Below are positions 1 to 9,983 of a stretch of DNA of 64,000 nt, piece after piece. A model generated the notes under the pieces. The model was not told the origin of the DNA and did no database searches. It was given only the letters and a program-made list of their open reading frames with translations. How positions within the stretch are numbered: position 1 is the stretch's first letter; every line of letters starts with the position of its first letter. The position numbers were made by a program, and so were the translations under genes. This DNA comes from a virus (taxonomy: Duplodnaviria > Caudoviricetes): IMG/VR virus record IMGVR_UViG_2700989102_000001, positions 32,001 through 96,000 of that record; one strand, given 5' to 3'.

Positions 1-300
1 GGCACGTTCAACTACAACGGCATCGCCGCTGTCGGTGGCGTGAACCAGAACTCCTACGGCGGCCAGGGCGTCGCGCCTGGCGGTGCGGGCAACGGCGGCA
101 ACTACGTGTCGTTCCAGCCTGGCGGTAACGGCGCGCCCGGTGGCGCGTGGATCAGGTTCCGTCAAGACCCGCTGCCCGGCGAGGAAGTCGTCGGCGGCGA
201 TGGAGACACCACACCTCCAGCTATCGACGATCTCGATGTCGCCGTCGAGACAACCATCAACACCATCACGATCACCCCCTCTGGAGCTGTCGATGCCTAG
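1..300 (+). CDS. Minor tail protein, C-terminal part (5' truncated by window)
   Basis: Gly-rich repeats (GGQGVAPGGAGNGG...GGNGAPGGAW) typical of mycobacteriophage minor tail proteins; stop at 300 overlaps the next start. Confidence 0.75.
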   Translation, partial: GTFNYNGIAAVGGVNQNSYGGQGVAPGGAGNGGNYVSFQPGGNGAPGGAWIRFRQDPLPGEEVVGGDGDTTPPAIDDLDVAVETTINTITITPSGAVDA

Positions 301-1801
301 CGGTCTCAAGGGCTACAACATCTACCTCGACGGCGTTAAGGTCAACACCGTCGAGGTAGCCGAGGGTCACCCCCTGGTCATTCCAAATGTCAATCCAGGG
401 ACGGATTATTCGTCGCGCATCACCATTGGCGCGGTCGATAAAGCCGGTAACGAATCGACTCCCGTGTCCATCGAGTCCTTCAAGGGCGCGGGGTCGGTCG
501 TTACCGCCTCACCGCCAGCCAGTGAGACTCTGTCCGCGACCGTTCGAGATCAGATCGATGCGCTCGTAGCTGCAAAAATAAAACCCTCCTCCGGCAGGGA
601 AGCCGACGGAGCGATGGTCGGCGTCGAAACGCCAAACGGCAACTACTACAAGGCGTATGGCGGCGACCGTACCCCCAATAAGCCGCTGACGCTGGATCTA
701 AACTTCCGCTATGGATCATGCTCGAAAATGTTCGTCAACGTCCTAATTCTCCGGGCGATCCAAAACGGATACATCGACTGGAATGACACGGTCGACATGT
801 TTGTCGACGGCATCCCAAACGGGCACAAGATCACCGTGCGGTATCTGCTCCTGTTCCAGGACGGCCTGAAGGACTGGCTGCAGGGCGACCCCGCAGTCCA
901 GCAGTCGTACTTCCTGAATCCCACGGCCGCTTTCGATCCGTTGGCCTACATCCGGGCCTCGACCCCGATATTCGAACCCGGGACCAGCTCGGCCTACTCG
1001 AACTCCGCGACACTGCTGATGGGCAAGATCCTGGAACACGTTGACGCCGAGCACGGGACCGGCCGAAGCATCCGACAGATCGTGGTCGAAGACTGGAACA
1101 GCGAGGTTGGCCTCCCGTCCCTGCACTGGCCAACCGCGCTCACCCCTAACGCCCCGTACGTCCGCGGCTGGACCCCTAACATGGCGCTGCCGCAGATTCA
1201 GGCGATCCTTGGCCCGTTCGCGTTCCTCGCCGGCCTGTTCGGCTATCCGACGTCGAAGGACCTGGAGTGGACTGCGGTTTCGACCACCTGGTCGGACGCG
1301 GCCGGCTCCCTCGCCGGGAACATGGAGGACTTCGTCAAGTTCGGCAAGGCGCTCTACGAGGGCGTGTTCCTGTCCGACGAGATGAAGCAACTCCGCAAAG
1401 AGTTGTTCACCACTTATCTGTTCTACGAACCCGCCGGCCCCTATCAGGGTCCGGGATGGATGGGATTCGGGCTCCAGGCAATCCGCTGGGCCTCGTGGCG
1501 CGGATGGGTCGGAAACCTCGGCGGCTACATTGCTGTCCTGTTCTACAAGGAGACGGATGGTTCGGTCATCGCGGTGATGATGAACAACTTCGCCTCCCAC
1601 GCGGACTGTGTCGACTTGTTCTATCAGATCGCCTACCTGCTCGACCCTGGGTCAACGCAGCACGTGCCGTGGCAATACCGGCCAGACCCGATCGAAGAAG
1701 ACGGCGAAGACGTCTTCAGCCCAGCCATTTTCGTTCAGAAGGAGCGCGGCGACGTCAATGGGCGCACCAAGCTTCCGATCACGCCGCCGTACCAACTCTA
1801 G
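293..1801 (+). CDS. Minor tail protein with serine beta-lactamase/D-Ala-D-Ala carboxypeptidase domain and N-terminal FN3-like segment
   Basis: SxxK (GSCSKM), YxN (AYSNS), ITVRYLL; ATG at 293 after GGAG, overlapping upstream stop. Confidence 0.85.
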   Translation: MPSGLKGYNIYLDGVKVNTVEVAEGHPLVIPNVNPGTDYSSRITIGAVDKAGNESTPVSIESFKGAGSVVTASPPASETLSATVRDQIDALVAAKIKPSSGREADGAMVGVETPNGNYYKAYGGDRTPNKPLTLDLNFRYGSCSKMFVNVLILRAIQNGYIDWNDTVDMFVDGIPNGHKITVRYLLLFQDGLKDWLQGDPAVQQSYFLNPTAAFDPLAYIRASTPIFEPGTSSAYSNSATLLMGKILEHVDAEHGTGRSIRQIVVEDWNSEVGLPSLHWPTALTPNAPYVRGWTPNMALPQIQAILGPFAFLAGLFGYPTSKDLEWTAVSTTWSDAAGSLAGNMEDFVKFGKALYEGVFLSDEMKQLRKELFTTYLFYEPAGPYQGPGWMGFGLQAIRWASWRGWVGNLGGYIAVLFYKETDGSVIAVMMNNFASHADCVDLFYQIAYLLDPGSTQHVPWQYRPDPIEEDGEDVFSPAIFVQKERGDVNGRTKLPITPPYQL

Positions 1802-1810
1802 GGGGTTCAC

Positions 1811-2215
1811 GTGTCCATTCGAGGTAAATACACCAAGGGGCGTGAAGCATTCGCGCGGGGCGAAATCAACTGGATGGGTGACGACATCAGGGCCGCCCTC
1901 ATCGACGATGCCGACTACACAGTCAACCTCGCCAGTGACGAATTTCTCAGCGACATCCCGAGCGGCGCGATCGTCGCCACCTCGCCGAACTTCACCGGAA
2001 AGTCTGTCACGAACGGCTACCTAAAAGCGGCGAAACTCATCTTCCCGACGGTGACGGGAGACATCGCGGAGGCGGCCGTGATCTACAAGTGGACCGGGAC
2101 CGCGTCAACATCCCGGCTGATCGCCTACGTCTCATCGGAACTGTACACGTCCGTGACGCCGAACGGCGCCAACATCATCATCAACTGGCCCGGCATCGGG
2201 ATTCTCCGGATCTAG
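1811..2215 (+). CDS. Virion/minor tail protein
   Basis: 134 aa ORF in tail operon with RBS; GEINW..DDIRAAL pattern seen in phage tail accessory proteins. Confidence 0.7.
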   Translation: MSIRGKYTKGREAFARGEINWMGDDIRAALIDDADYTVNLASDEFLSDIPSGAIVATSPNFTGKSVTNGYLKAAKLIFPTVTGDIAEAAVIYKWTGTASTSRLIAYVSSELYTSVTPNGANIIINWPGIGILRI

Positions 2216-2225
2216 AGGAGTAGCA

Positions 2226-3029
2226 ATGGATTTGCGGACTGACTACGAGGACGACGTAGACGAGATCGACGCCTCGTGGTTCAACGATGTCGGCCTGGCG
2301 GTCAATGAGAACACTGCGGCCCGGGCTAAGAAGGGATTGTTCTCGGCGCTACCCGCGGCGGGTGCGGCGGGCAGACTGTATTTCTCCACCGACACGGGGA
2401 CGATCCTGCGAGACAACGGCACATCGTGGGATGTCGTCGGCCGGTGCGATGTTGCGCACATCCTGCCGCCCGCGAGTTCCTGGTCGACCAACACGCTGGG
2501 GACGGCGACGGTCACCGCCGACAAGGATGGGCGCCTGTTCACGATCCCCAGTTCCGGTGGTCTGCTCACTCCGCGTATCGAGTACCGCACGCTGAGCCCC
2601 ACCTCAAACTACACGGTGACCGCGCGGATCGAGCCGGCAGATTTCGCCCGATCAGAGGGGCAGTCCTACTCGGGACTGATCCTCCGACACGGCAGCTCGT
2701 CCAACACCATCATATTCGGCTACATGGTCTACGCGGGCCAGGTGAACAACCTGATTGTGACGCAGGGAAACTCGGGGAACCTCATTGGCTCCCACTACAC
2801 CTATGCCCCCGTGGACCGGTTCCCGGGCTTCCCCCGCTGGCTGCGCGTCCGAGATGACGCCACGAACCGTTATTACGAATTCTCGATAAACGGTATCGAC
2901 TGGGTTGAGTTCTACTCCGGGTCGCGCACCAACTACATCACCCCCGACCAGGTCGGTTGGGGCGGTGCGCAGTCCACCAGCCTCACCAGGTCGCTTGTCG
3001 TGCGACTCCGGTCGTTCAACGTCTCATGA
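2226..3029 (+). CDS. Minor tail protein (beta-sandwich/lectin-like C-terminus)
   Basis: GAGGAG RBS; LPAAGAAGRLYFSTDTG and WLRVRDD..YYEFS.NG.DW motifs of tail fibre-type proteins. Confidence 0.7.
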   Translation: MDLRTDYEDDVDEIDASWFNDVGLAVNENTAARAKKGLFSALPAAGAAGRLYFSTDTGTILRDNGTSWDVVGRCDVAHILPPASSWSTNTLGTATVTADKDGRLFTIPSSGGLLTPRIEYRTLSPTSNYTVTARIEPADFARSEGQSYSGLILRHGSSSNTIIFGYMVYAGQVNNLIVTQGNSGNLIGSHYTYAPVDRFPGFPRWLRVRDDATNRYYEFSINGIDWVEFYSGSRTNYITPDQVGWGGAQSTSLTRSLVVRLRSFNVS

Positions 3030-3157
3030 TGTTTCTCGCCGCCCTAGCAATCGCAGCAACCCCCCCTAATTGCTGGATATGTCCTTTTGGCAATCCTTTC
3101 GCAAGACGATGAATAAGGGGATTCATTAAACTTACATTCCCCAGGAGGGCTTAGAAG

Positions 3158-5881
3158 GTGGCGCTCTACCGCACCCTTTTCCCACTCACCTACCGCCGCG
3201 GTAACCGGGCGGTACAAATCACCCGGGCCGGGGTGGTGATCGATCTTGATGCCGCACAGGCCGCCGAACTCGCCGGAAAAGTCGCGTACGTCGGCGACGT
3301 TGCGCAATTCCCCCGCGCACAAATTCTGTATTACGACAATGATGACGCCTTTCCCCCCGTGGGGGATGAGCGCTACGTTTTTCTTGCAAAGGATACGGGC
3401 GCGCTCTACCAGTGGTCTCAGGATGACGGCTACACGCTTTGCCTGGCCGCGGGAGCGATCGATGAGGGTGTTGTCACCGCCGCCGTCGAGGCGGTTATCG
3501 ATGACGTCGTCGGCGACGCCCTAGACGGCAAAGCAAACGTCAGCCACACCCATAATCCGGGCGATATCACCGGGCTATCGGCTGCGTTGACCAAGCTGTC
3601 CGGCATTGAGCCCCTTGCCGACGCCACCGACGCCACAAACGTCGACGCGGCCGGCGCGGTGATGAACTCGGATACCACCGTCGCGGACATGTCTTTCGTC
3701 ATCGACGAGGACGACATGGCGTCAAATCTAGCCACCAAGGTCCCCACTCAGCAGAGCGTCAAAGCCTACGTTGACGCACACGGCGGATCGGGCGCAGACC
3801 GGAACTACGGCATCCCCACGCTCACAATCACCACCGAGGGCGGCGCCGAGATCGTGTCCAAGGAGGACTACCTCAACGCCACATTTGAGCTGAACGGACA
3901 GACCCTTACCGGCGAGATCCGCGGCCGGGGCAACTCGACATGGACCAGGCCGAAGAAGCCGTACCGCATTCGCCTGACGTCCTCGACATCGCTGCTGGGG
4001 ATGCCCGCGTCCCGGCACTGGGCGATCCTCGCCAACCACATGGACTTTTCCGGCATCCGCAACGCTGTCGCGTTCGAGGTTGGCTCCCGCATGACGGGGC
4101 TGGACTGGACGCCCCGGTACCGCCCGGTCGAGGTGGTCCTGAACGGCGTCTACAACGGCCTCTACCAGCTGGTGGAGATCGTCCGATTCGACCCGAACCG
4201 GGTGAACGCCACTGCCGCCAGCGGCACCACGGGGCTGGGGTTGACGGGGGCATACCTGCTGGAGATCGACCGCTACCGCGACGCCGACGTGGTCATTGAC
4301 ACCACCCACGACGATCTGCCCATCATCATGGACGATCCCGACGGGTCGGTGGGCGAGCAGCGGACGTACATCACGAACTGGCTCGACGACTTCGAAACCC
4401 TCCTCTACGACGACGAGGAATGGCTCGACCCCGACACCGGCTACAAGTCGATGATCGACCTCGACTCATTCATCGACTGGTACCTGGTCAACGAACTACT
4501 GGTTCCGGTGGACGGCATGTTCGCAACGTCGGTAAAGCTTTATAAGACCGCCGACACCGCCGAAGAGTCGGGCAGGTTGTTCATGGGCCCGATGTGGGAC
4601 TACGACCTGTCGATGGGTGGGTTCCTGGAATGGACCTACTCCTACGAGGGCTGGTGGATGCTGTCCACCACTCAGCCCGTGTCCGAGGACCCCGCGCCGG
4701 GCGCAACGTGGATCGCCCGCATGCTCGAAGACCCGGAATTCGTCTCCGCCCTTGAAGCCCGCTGGACCGAGGTTGTGGGGCTTCTCGAAGACCTGGATGA
4801 CATCGTCACCACCGCGGCCCGCAAGGTCGCCCTAGCCCGCGTCAACGACATGGTCATCTGGGGCACCAGCGACCACCCGACGTGGAGCTCCGCGGTTGAC
4901 ACGATCACCACCTGGCTGGAGAACCGCATCGAGTGGATGACCGAAAACATGCACACCGCATCCGAGCCCGACGAGGAAGCACCCAGCGTCCCGGAGGGGC
5001 TGGAAGCCACCTCGATCGGCGCGACCAGCTTCACCGTCGAATGGGACTCCTCCACCGACAACGTCGGGGTCACCGGCTACGAAGTGCGTCTCGACGAGGG
5101 CACCGCCGTCTCCAAGACCGGCACAACGCACACCTTCACCAGCCTTGTTTCAGAAACGGAATACTCGGTGGACGTGCGCGCCCGCGACGCCGCGGGCAAC
5201 TGGTCGGACTGGTCCGAGCCGCTGCTGGTGGAGACGATTGAGCTCACCGAGGGTGGCGATCCGCCCCAATTTGCGGCGGTGGGCAACTTCCTATCGGGGG
5301 ACACCTCGAGCACCGCTCCCGTCCCGGTGCCGGCGGGTGCAACGGGCGACGGCATTGTCGACGTAGTGTTTCTGTACGTCGGCACGTCGAGCGTCACCAT
5401 TACTCCGCCGACCGGGTTCACCGAGGCTGAGCCCGCCGCCGTCGGCAACAATGCCGGCCAGCAGCTCGCGCTGCGCACGTTCTGGAAGCGTCCCGATTCA
5501 TCCAGCGGCACCTATAACTTCTCATTCCCGGGCGGTACCTGGCGCCTCGGCTACGCGATCCGATTCTCCGGCTGCGCAGCCTCCGGCTCCCCGTGGGACG
5601 TCATCGACGCCGCTGACCCCGGCGACTACACCACCATCCCGGACACCTCCCTCACCACCACGGGGGGCAATCGCCTCCTGGTGTGGTGGGCCGGCGACTG
5701 GAGCGGCGGCGGCGGCTTCACCCCACCGTCGGGCTTTACACAGCGGGCCGAGAATCGCGACACCGCGGGCATTGCCATTGCCACGAAGGTGCAGGAGGTC
5801 GCCGGCTCAACGGGCACCGTGAGCGGTTCGTTCTCCGGTTCGGGCCGCAAGCAGGCCTGGCTGGGCGCGCTCAAGCCATAA
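3158..5881 (+). CDS. Multidomain protein: CotH kinase family domain + fibronectin type III domain + tail-type C-terminal domain
   Basis: CotH motifs RGRGNSTW..PKKPYRI, VEVVLNGVYNGLYQL, GPMWDYDLS; FN3 APSVP..WDSSTDNVGVTGYEV..VRARDAAGNWS; AGGAGG RBS. Confidence 0.8.
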   Translation: MALYRTLFPLTYRRGNRAVQITRAGVVIDLDAAQAAELAGKVAYVGDVAQFPRAQILYYDNDDAFPPVGDERYVFLAKDTGALYQWSQDDGYTLCLAAGAIDEGVVTAAVEAVIDDVVGDALDGKANVSHTHNPGDITGLSAALTKLSGIEPLADATDATNVDAAGAVMNSDTTVADMSFVIDEDDMASNLATKVPTQQSVKAYVDAHGGSGADRNYGIPTLTITTEGGAEIVSKEDYLNATFELNGQTLTGEIRGRGNSTWTRPKKPYRIRLTSSTSLLGMPASRHWAILANHMDFSGIRNAVAFEVGSRMTGLDWTPRYRPVEVVLNGVYNGLYQLVEIVRFDPNRVNATAASGTTGLGLTGAYLLEIDRYRDADVVIDTTHDDLPIIMDDPDGSVGEQRTYITNWLDDFETLLYDDEEWLDPDTGYKSMIDLDSFIDWYLVNELLVPVDGMFATSVKLYKTADTAEESGRLFMGPMWDYDLSMGGFLEWTYSYEGWWMLSTTQPVSEDPAPGATWIARMLEDPEFVSALEARWTEVVGLLEDLDDIVTTAARKVALARVNDMVIWGTSDHPTWSSAVDTITTWLENRIEWMTENMHTASEPDEEAPSVPEGLEATSIGATSFTVEWDSSTDNVGVTGYEVRLDEGTAVSKTGTTHTFTSLVSETEYSVDVRARDAAGNWSDWSEPLLVETIELTEGGDPPQFAAVGNFLSGDTSSTAPVPVPAGATGDGIVDVVFLYVGTSSVTITPPTGFTEAEPAAVGNNAGQQLALRTFWKRPDSSSGTYNFSFPGGTWRLGYAIRFSGCAASGSPWDVIDAADPGDYTTIPDTSLTTTGGNRLLVWWAGDWSGGGGFTPPSGFTQRAENRDTAGIAIATKVQEVAGSTGTVSGSFSGSGRKQAWLGALKP

Positions 5882-5890
5882 TTTCTCGAC

Positions 5891-5923
5891 GAAAAGCCCC
5901 GGGACCCATACCCGGGGCTTTTC
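5891..5923. terminator. Intrinsic terminator (possibly bidirectional)
   Basis: GAAAAGCCCCGGG-ACCCATA-CCCGGGGCTTTTC inverted repeat right after stop. Confidence 0.75.
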
Positions 5924-5944
5924 CCTACCCCATAAAGGGGCTTT

Positions 5945-6271
5945 ATGCAAAACGTCATCATTTCACTCGTCATCAAGATTATCGCTGAGGCCGCCAAGAA
6001 CGAAGATGTCCGCAAGTTTGTCCTCGAACTGGTGAAAGAACTTGCCGATAAACTCAAGGACGATCTCGTCCCAGCGCTTATCGCGCTGTTCCCGACTTTC
6101 GGCGGGGCGATCATCAAATCCGCCTTGGACTTCCTCCCCGAGGTTGACCTGCCGGATATCGATGTCCTGAACACCGATATCGCAAAGAAGATTGTAGACG
6201 CCGATCCCGACCTTCCGTTTGTGTCGGACATCATCGACATCACCGAGATTCTCAAGGGCTGGATCAAGTAA
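5945..6271 (+). CDS. Hypothetical protein preceding lysin A
   Basis: 108 aa ORF with RBS, amphipathic helical. Confidence 0.75.
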   Translation: MQNVIISLVIKIIAEAAKNEDVRKFVLELVKELADKLKDDLVPALIALFPTFGGAIIKSALDFLPEVDLPDIDVLNTDIAKKIVDADPDLPFVSDIIDITEILKGWIK

Positions 6272-6284
6272 ATAGGGGAATTCA

Positions 6285-7661
6285 ATGGCTAACCGAGTCG
6301 TTTACGGCAACTCATTCTCGTCGAATGGGTGGCCAATGGTCGACCAAGGTTCATGCACCTGGGTGAAAATTCCCGGAACGTCGGTGACGCTGCAGATCCA
6401 GAATGGCCAGCCGCTCGCCATCCTGCGGGCATTCGCCGCAGACTTCCACGCCTATGTTGAGCCACTGCGCGATGCCGATTCGGCCTGCTGGACGCCGACC
6501 AACTCAGTATCAACGTCCAACCACTTAAGTGGCACGGCAATGGACCTGAACTGGAATAGTCACCCTTTTCAGGTTCCGGATGCGGGGTTCGACGCCGCGA
6601 AGAAGGCCCGGGTCAGGGAACTCCTCGACTTCTACGAGGGAACCGTCTTCTGGGGCAATGACTGGACGTCGCCAAAAGACGCCATGCACTTCCAACTCGC
6701 AAGTCTTCGCAATGGCGGAAACATCAACACCTACGGCAATCCGTTCGTAGACGATTTCATCTCCCGCAAGATTCGGCCGGACGGGTTTTCGACGTTCCGC
6801 CGCGGAGATGCGCCGACCGTGGACGTCGCCAAGGTTCTGGCTGATGCCACGGGCCTCACCCCCGCGCGGGCGCGGGAGATCCTCCCGATGGTTACCGATG
6901 GCCTGCGAGCTGCGGAATGCATAAACGTCAACCGCATCGCTATGTGGCTGGCGCAGATCGGCCATGAATCAGCAGGATTCAATGCCACCGAGGAATACGA
7001 CCACGGCCGCAATCACGGCGACCCTAATGAGGTTACCGACCGGTGGAAGTACAAGGGTCGGACCTGGATACAGATCACCTGGCAATCCAACTACGCAGGA
7101 TTCTCTAAGTGGTGCCACGGGCGCGGGCTCGTTCCATCGCCAAGCTACTTCGTGGATCGCCCCCGCGAGCTAGCTGAGTTGAAATGGGCCGGATTAGGTC
7201 CAGCTTGGTACTGGACCGTCGCCAGGGCCGACATCAACGCACTCTCCGATAAGCGGGATCTCGACACCGTCACCCGCCGCATTAACGGCGGAACCAACGG
7301 CATTGCCGATCGTCGCAACCGCTATAACCGCGCACTCGCGCTGGGGGACCAACTTCTTTCACTCATCTCCGAAGGGGGAGACGACTTGACTCCTGAACAG
7401 GATCGAATGCTGCGCGAGGTTCACGCATGCCTCTTCAACCCGATCTCGTCGCAGTCTAAATACAAGGCCGAGGGCGAGGGCGCGCGCTGGCGCCTGCATG
7501 AACTCGTAAAGAACGACGACGCCATGATCCACGAAATGCTCGTGGAACGTCAGGCCATGATGGGCAACCCGGAGGCCCTGGCGCTCGTGAAGCGTGAAGC
7601 CGACAAGGGCGACAAATGGGCCCAGGTTGTATTTCGCTACTGCACTGAAGAAGACGCCTGA
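6285..7661 (+). CDS. lysA: Lysin A (M15-type peptidase + GH19 glycoside hydrolase)
   Basis: SNHLSGTAMDLN / DAMHFQ peptidase motifs; AQIGHESAGF, YKGRTWIQIT, RRINGGTNG GH19 motifs. Confidence 0.95.
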   Translation: MANRVVYGNSFSSNGWPMVDQGSCTWVKIPGTSVTLQIQNGQPLAILRAFAADFHAYVEPLRDADSACWTPTNSVSTSNHLSGTAMDLNWNSHPFQVPDAGFDAAKKARVRELLDFYEGTVFWGNDWTSPKDAMHFQLASLRNGGNINTYGNPFVDDFISRKIRPDGFSTFRRGDAPTVDVAKVLADATGLTPARAREILPMVTDGLRAAECINVNRIAMWLAQIGHESAGFNATEEYDHGRNHGDPNEVTDRWKYKGRTWIQITWQSNYAGFSKWCHGRGLVPSPSYFVDRPRELAELKWAGLGPAWYWTVARADINALSDKRDLDTVTRRINGGTNGIADRRNRYNRALALGDQLLSLISEGGDDLTPEQDRMLREVHACLFNPISSQSKYKAEGEGARWRLHELVKNDDAMIHEMLVERQAMMGNPEALALVKREADKGDKWAQVVFRYCTEEDA

Positions 7662-8665
7662 TGCCGCTCCGTCTCGGCGATCGTAACGAAAGCGTTCGCC
7701 AATGGCGGATCAAGATGAACGCCTGGTTCGGGCCGCTCTACACCCGCCTCATCGGACCCCTGCCGATGGATACCGACGAATTCGGTCCCCGCGCAAAAGC
7801 GTGGCAGGAAGAGTATGAGCGACGCACCAACCAGGTGGTGGACGGCGAAGTAAGCGACAACGATCTCCGGGCACTGGGCGTACCCGTCCCGACCAAGGTC
7901 GTTATCTTCACCGTCGCCGGCACGGGGGCTCGTTGGGATCAGGGCTATCCGTTTGACCTCGGCCGCTGGCAGGACCAGTCGCGCGTCATCCTTCAGCCCA
8001 TTGGGTACCGGGCGGCAGTGTTCCCCATGGGTCCGTCGGTCAACGAGGGTGAGGTCGAACTCATCCGACAGATGCATATCCATCTCGACCGGGACCCGTC
8101 GCTCAACTTCATCCTGATTGGATACTCGCAGGGCGCCATTGTGACCTCGCGCGTTCTCCGACGGATGATGAGCGGAGACCTGGCGCACTACTACGACCGC
8201 TGCATCGCTGGCGTGACGTTCGGCAACCCCATGCGCGAGCGTGGGCACTTTGTCGGCAGCAATGACCCCGGCGGCCAAGGACTGGACCCGAAGCCGCTCG
8301 TCAACACCCCGACATGGTGGTACGACTATGCGGCCAAGGGCGACATCTACTCATCGGGCCCCGGCAATGACGATAAGCAGGCCGCGGAGCATATGACGGC
8401 GATTTACCAAGCCGTCATGGGGCATTTCATCATCGGAAACGACAGCCTAACTCAGCAGGTGATTGAGCTGTTCACGAACCCCTTCAAGGAAGCCCCCGCA
8501 GTCATCAAGGCTATCGCGTCGGGCATCGGGTTCGTTGCCAGCAATCCGCCAACGGCGCCGCACATAGAGTACCACCTGCGGGAATGCGTCCCCGGGGTTA
8601 CCTACTTCGATCATGCAATGGGCTATGTCCGCCAAGTTATCTCGGCGAACAAGCGCATCGCCTAA
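7661..8665 (+). CDS. lysB: Lysin B (mycolylarabinogalactan esterase, cutinase-like)
   Basis: GYSQG nucleophile elbow, FGNPMR, N-terminal PG-binding-like region; follows lysA. Confidence 0.95.
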   Translation: MPLRLGDRNESVRQWRIKMNAWFGPLYTRLIGPLPMDTDEFGPRAKAWQEEYERRTNQVVDGEVSDNDLRALGVPVPTKVVIFTVAGTGARWDQGYPFDLGRWQDQSRVILQPIGYRAAVFPMGPSVNEGEVELIRQMHIHLDRDPSLNFILIGYSQGAIVTSRVLRRMMSGDLAHYYDRCIAGVTFGNPMRERGHFVGSNDPGGQGLDPKPLVNTPTWWYDYAAKGDIYSSGPGNDDKQAAEHMTAIYQAVMGHFIIGNDSLTQQVIELFTNPFKEAPAVIKAIASGIGFVASNPPTAPHIEYHLRECVPGVTYFDHAMGYVRQVISANKRIA

Positions 8666-8677
8666 AAGGGGGATCAA

Positions 8678-8998
8678 TTGAATCTCGGAAAATACTGGAA
8701 AGCGTTCTGCGCTTTCCTGTCCCTGGTGGCCACCAACCTGGCCTACCGGGTGACCAGTGGCGAAGAGCCGCTGCCGGCCTTCGACGATTACAAGGGCTGG
8801 ATACTGTTCGCGGCCACCACCGCGGCGGGCACCTTCCTTACGTGGGCCAAGGGCAACAAGGGCTTCGTGGAGGCCGACAAGGTAGAGGCTCCAACTATCA
8901 ACTCTGAGTTGATAGTTGACGAGTCTGAGGCTGGCACCGAGCCGATCCCGGTCGCTGAACAGGCTGAGAAGCCCAAGCGTCGGAGGCCCGTGATCTAG
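8678..8998 (+). CDS. Holin
   Basis: Two hydrophobic segments, charged C-terminus, directly after lysB. Confidence 0.7.
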   Translation: MNLGKYWKAFCAFLSLVATNLAYRVTSGEEPLPAFDDYKGWILFAATTAAGTFLTWAKGNKGFVEADKVEAPTINSELIVDESEAGTEPIPVAEQAEKPKRRRPVI

Positions 8999-9384
8999 TG
9001 GACGCCCCGGCATACGAGCCCACCGGGTGGTTCGGAATACTGCCGTGGCTGTTGTACGCCGTGCCCTTCCTCGTTCCCACGCTATTCATCGCATGGGGGC
9101 AGTGGAAGGCGCGGCGCCACAACGCTAAGCAGGCCGCCACCACCGACGAGCTCAAGCAAACCATCGGAGCTATCCGTAACAACGTCCAGAACGGTCACAA
9201 GACCCTGATGCGCGACGACCTCGACGAACTCGTGGCCGGCATCAAAGAGTTGCAGGCCGGGCAGGCGACGCAAGGCGAAATGCTCAACCGCATGGATAGA
9301 CGCCTCGACCGTATCGCCGAGGACCTGTCCACAGAACGCCAGGAACGTATCGCTGGCGATAGGAGATCAGAAAACTGCAGGTAA
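8998..9384 (+). CDS. Lysis-cassette membrane protein (1 TM + coiled coil)
   Basis: N-terminal TM, NGH..MRDDLD and TERQERIAGD motifs common in mycobacteriophage lysis cassettes. Confidence 0.75.
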   Translation: MDAPAYEPTGWFGILPWLLYAVPFLVPTLFIAWGQWKARRHNAKQAATTDELKQTIGAIRNNVQNGHKTLMRDDLDELVAGIKELQAGQATQGEMLNRMDRRLDRIAEDLSTERQERIAGDRRSENCR

Positions 9385-9626
9385 CGGTGTATTCCCCGCC
9401 AACCCCCTGTGTCATGTGCAGGACCACCAAGGCCCGCCTGGACAAGTTTGGAATACCTTACGAGTCCGTGGTGACCGACGAGGAAACCGCCAATCGATTT
9501 CGGAATGAAGGCCGATCCTCATACCCCGTGGTCGTCGTTGAACGCGACGGCCAGGAACCGTGGGTGTGGTCGGGCTTCCGCGACACCGAGATCAAGAAGC
9601 TTGCCGACGAGCTGGCAAGTAAATAA
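9375..9626 (+). CDS. nrdH: NrdH-like glutaredoxin (probable CTG start at 9375; first canonical start 9387)
   Basis: CVMC redox motif, PVVVV..WSGFR; AGGAG at 9361. Confidence 0.9.
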   Translation: MQVTVYSPPTPCVMCRTTKARLDKFGIPYESVVTDEETANRFRNEGRSSYPVVVVERDGQEPWVWSGFRDTEIKKLADELASK

Positions 9627-9641
9627 ACAGCTCCCCATAGA

Positions 9642-9742
9642 CGAGGCCCGCGCTCCCCAGGACGTTCCCCCCTGGGTTTGAGCGCGGGCCTCTTTGCCTT
9701 TTGACGCCCCGTTAGCTTCGGCTAGCGGGGCGTCTTTTTTGT
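9642..9742. terminator. Tandem hairpins terminating the convergent operons
   Basis: GAGGCCCGCGCTC...GAGCGCGGGCCTC then GACGCCCCGTTAGC-TTCG-GCTAGCGGGGCGTC-TTTTTT. Confidence 0.85.
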
Positions 9743-9794
9743 TTTCGCCCCCACTAATGCGCGGGGGCTGTGTGGGAAACACTATCGCCGGGAA

Positions 9795-9983
9795 CTAGGA
9801 GCGGTAGGCGGCAGCCCATCTTGAGCAGAGGATTCGTTCGGCGACCTCGTCTGCATCATCGAGAGATAAGCCTGCGCGCCGAGCAGCCCAAAGGACATGA
9901 ACGAGGGCCGTGTGGTCGCCTTCCCATGGTTCGAACGGTCCCGATACACCTTTCGTGAGTGTGTCGACGTCTGCGTTCTTCAT
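9795..9983 (-). CDS. Hypothetical protein
   Basis: Last gene of leftward operon, ATG coupled to upstream TGA. Confidence 0.6.
   Translation of the reverse strand: MKNADVDTLTKGVSGPFEPWEGDHTALVHVLWAARRAGLSLDDADEVAERILCSRWAAAYRS

Noticed and set aside
83-292. Long N-terminal extension of the carboxypeptidase given by the ORF track
   Set aside because: Overlaps the upstream tail gene; ATG at 293 has an RBS and coupling
743-1600. Long antisense ORFs (also 21048-21926, 23062-23892, 37666-38487, 47381-48139)
   Set aside because: Shadow ORFs expected in GC-rich coding DNA; no motifs or RBS
293-1801. Antibiotic-resistance beta-lactamase
   Set aside because: Context and domain layout match the common mycobacteriophage tail carboxypeptidase
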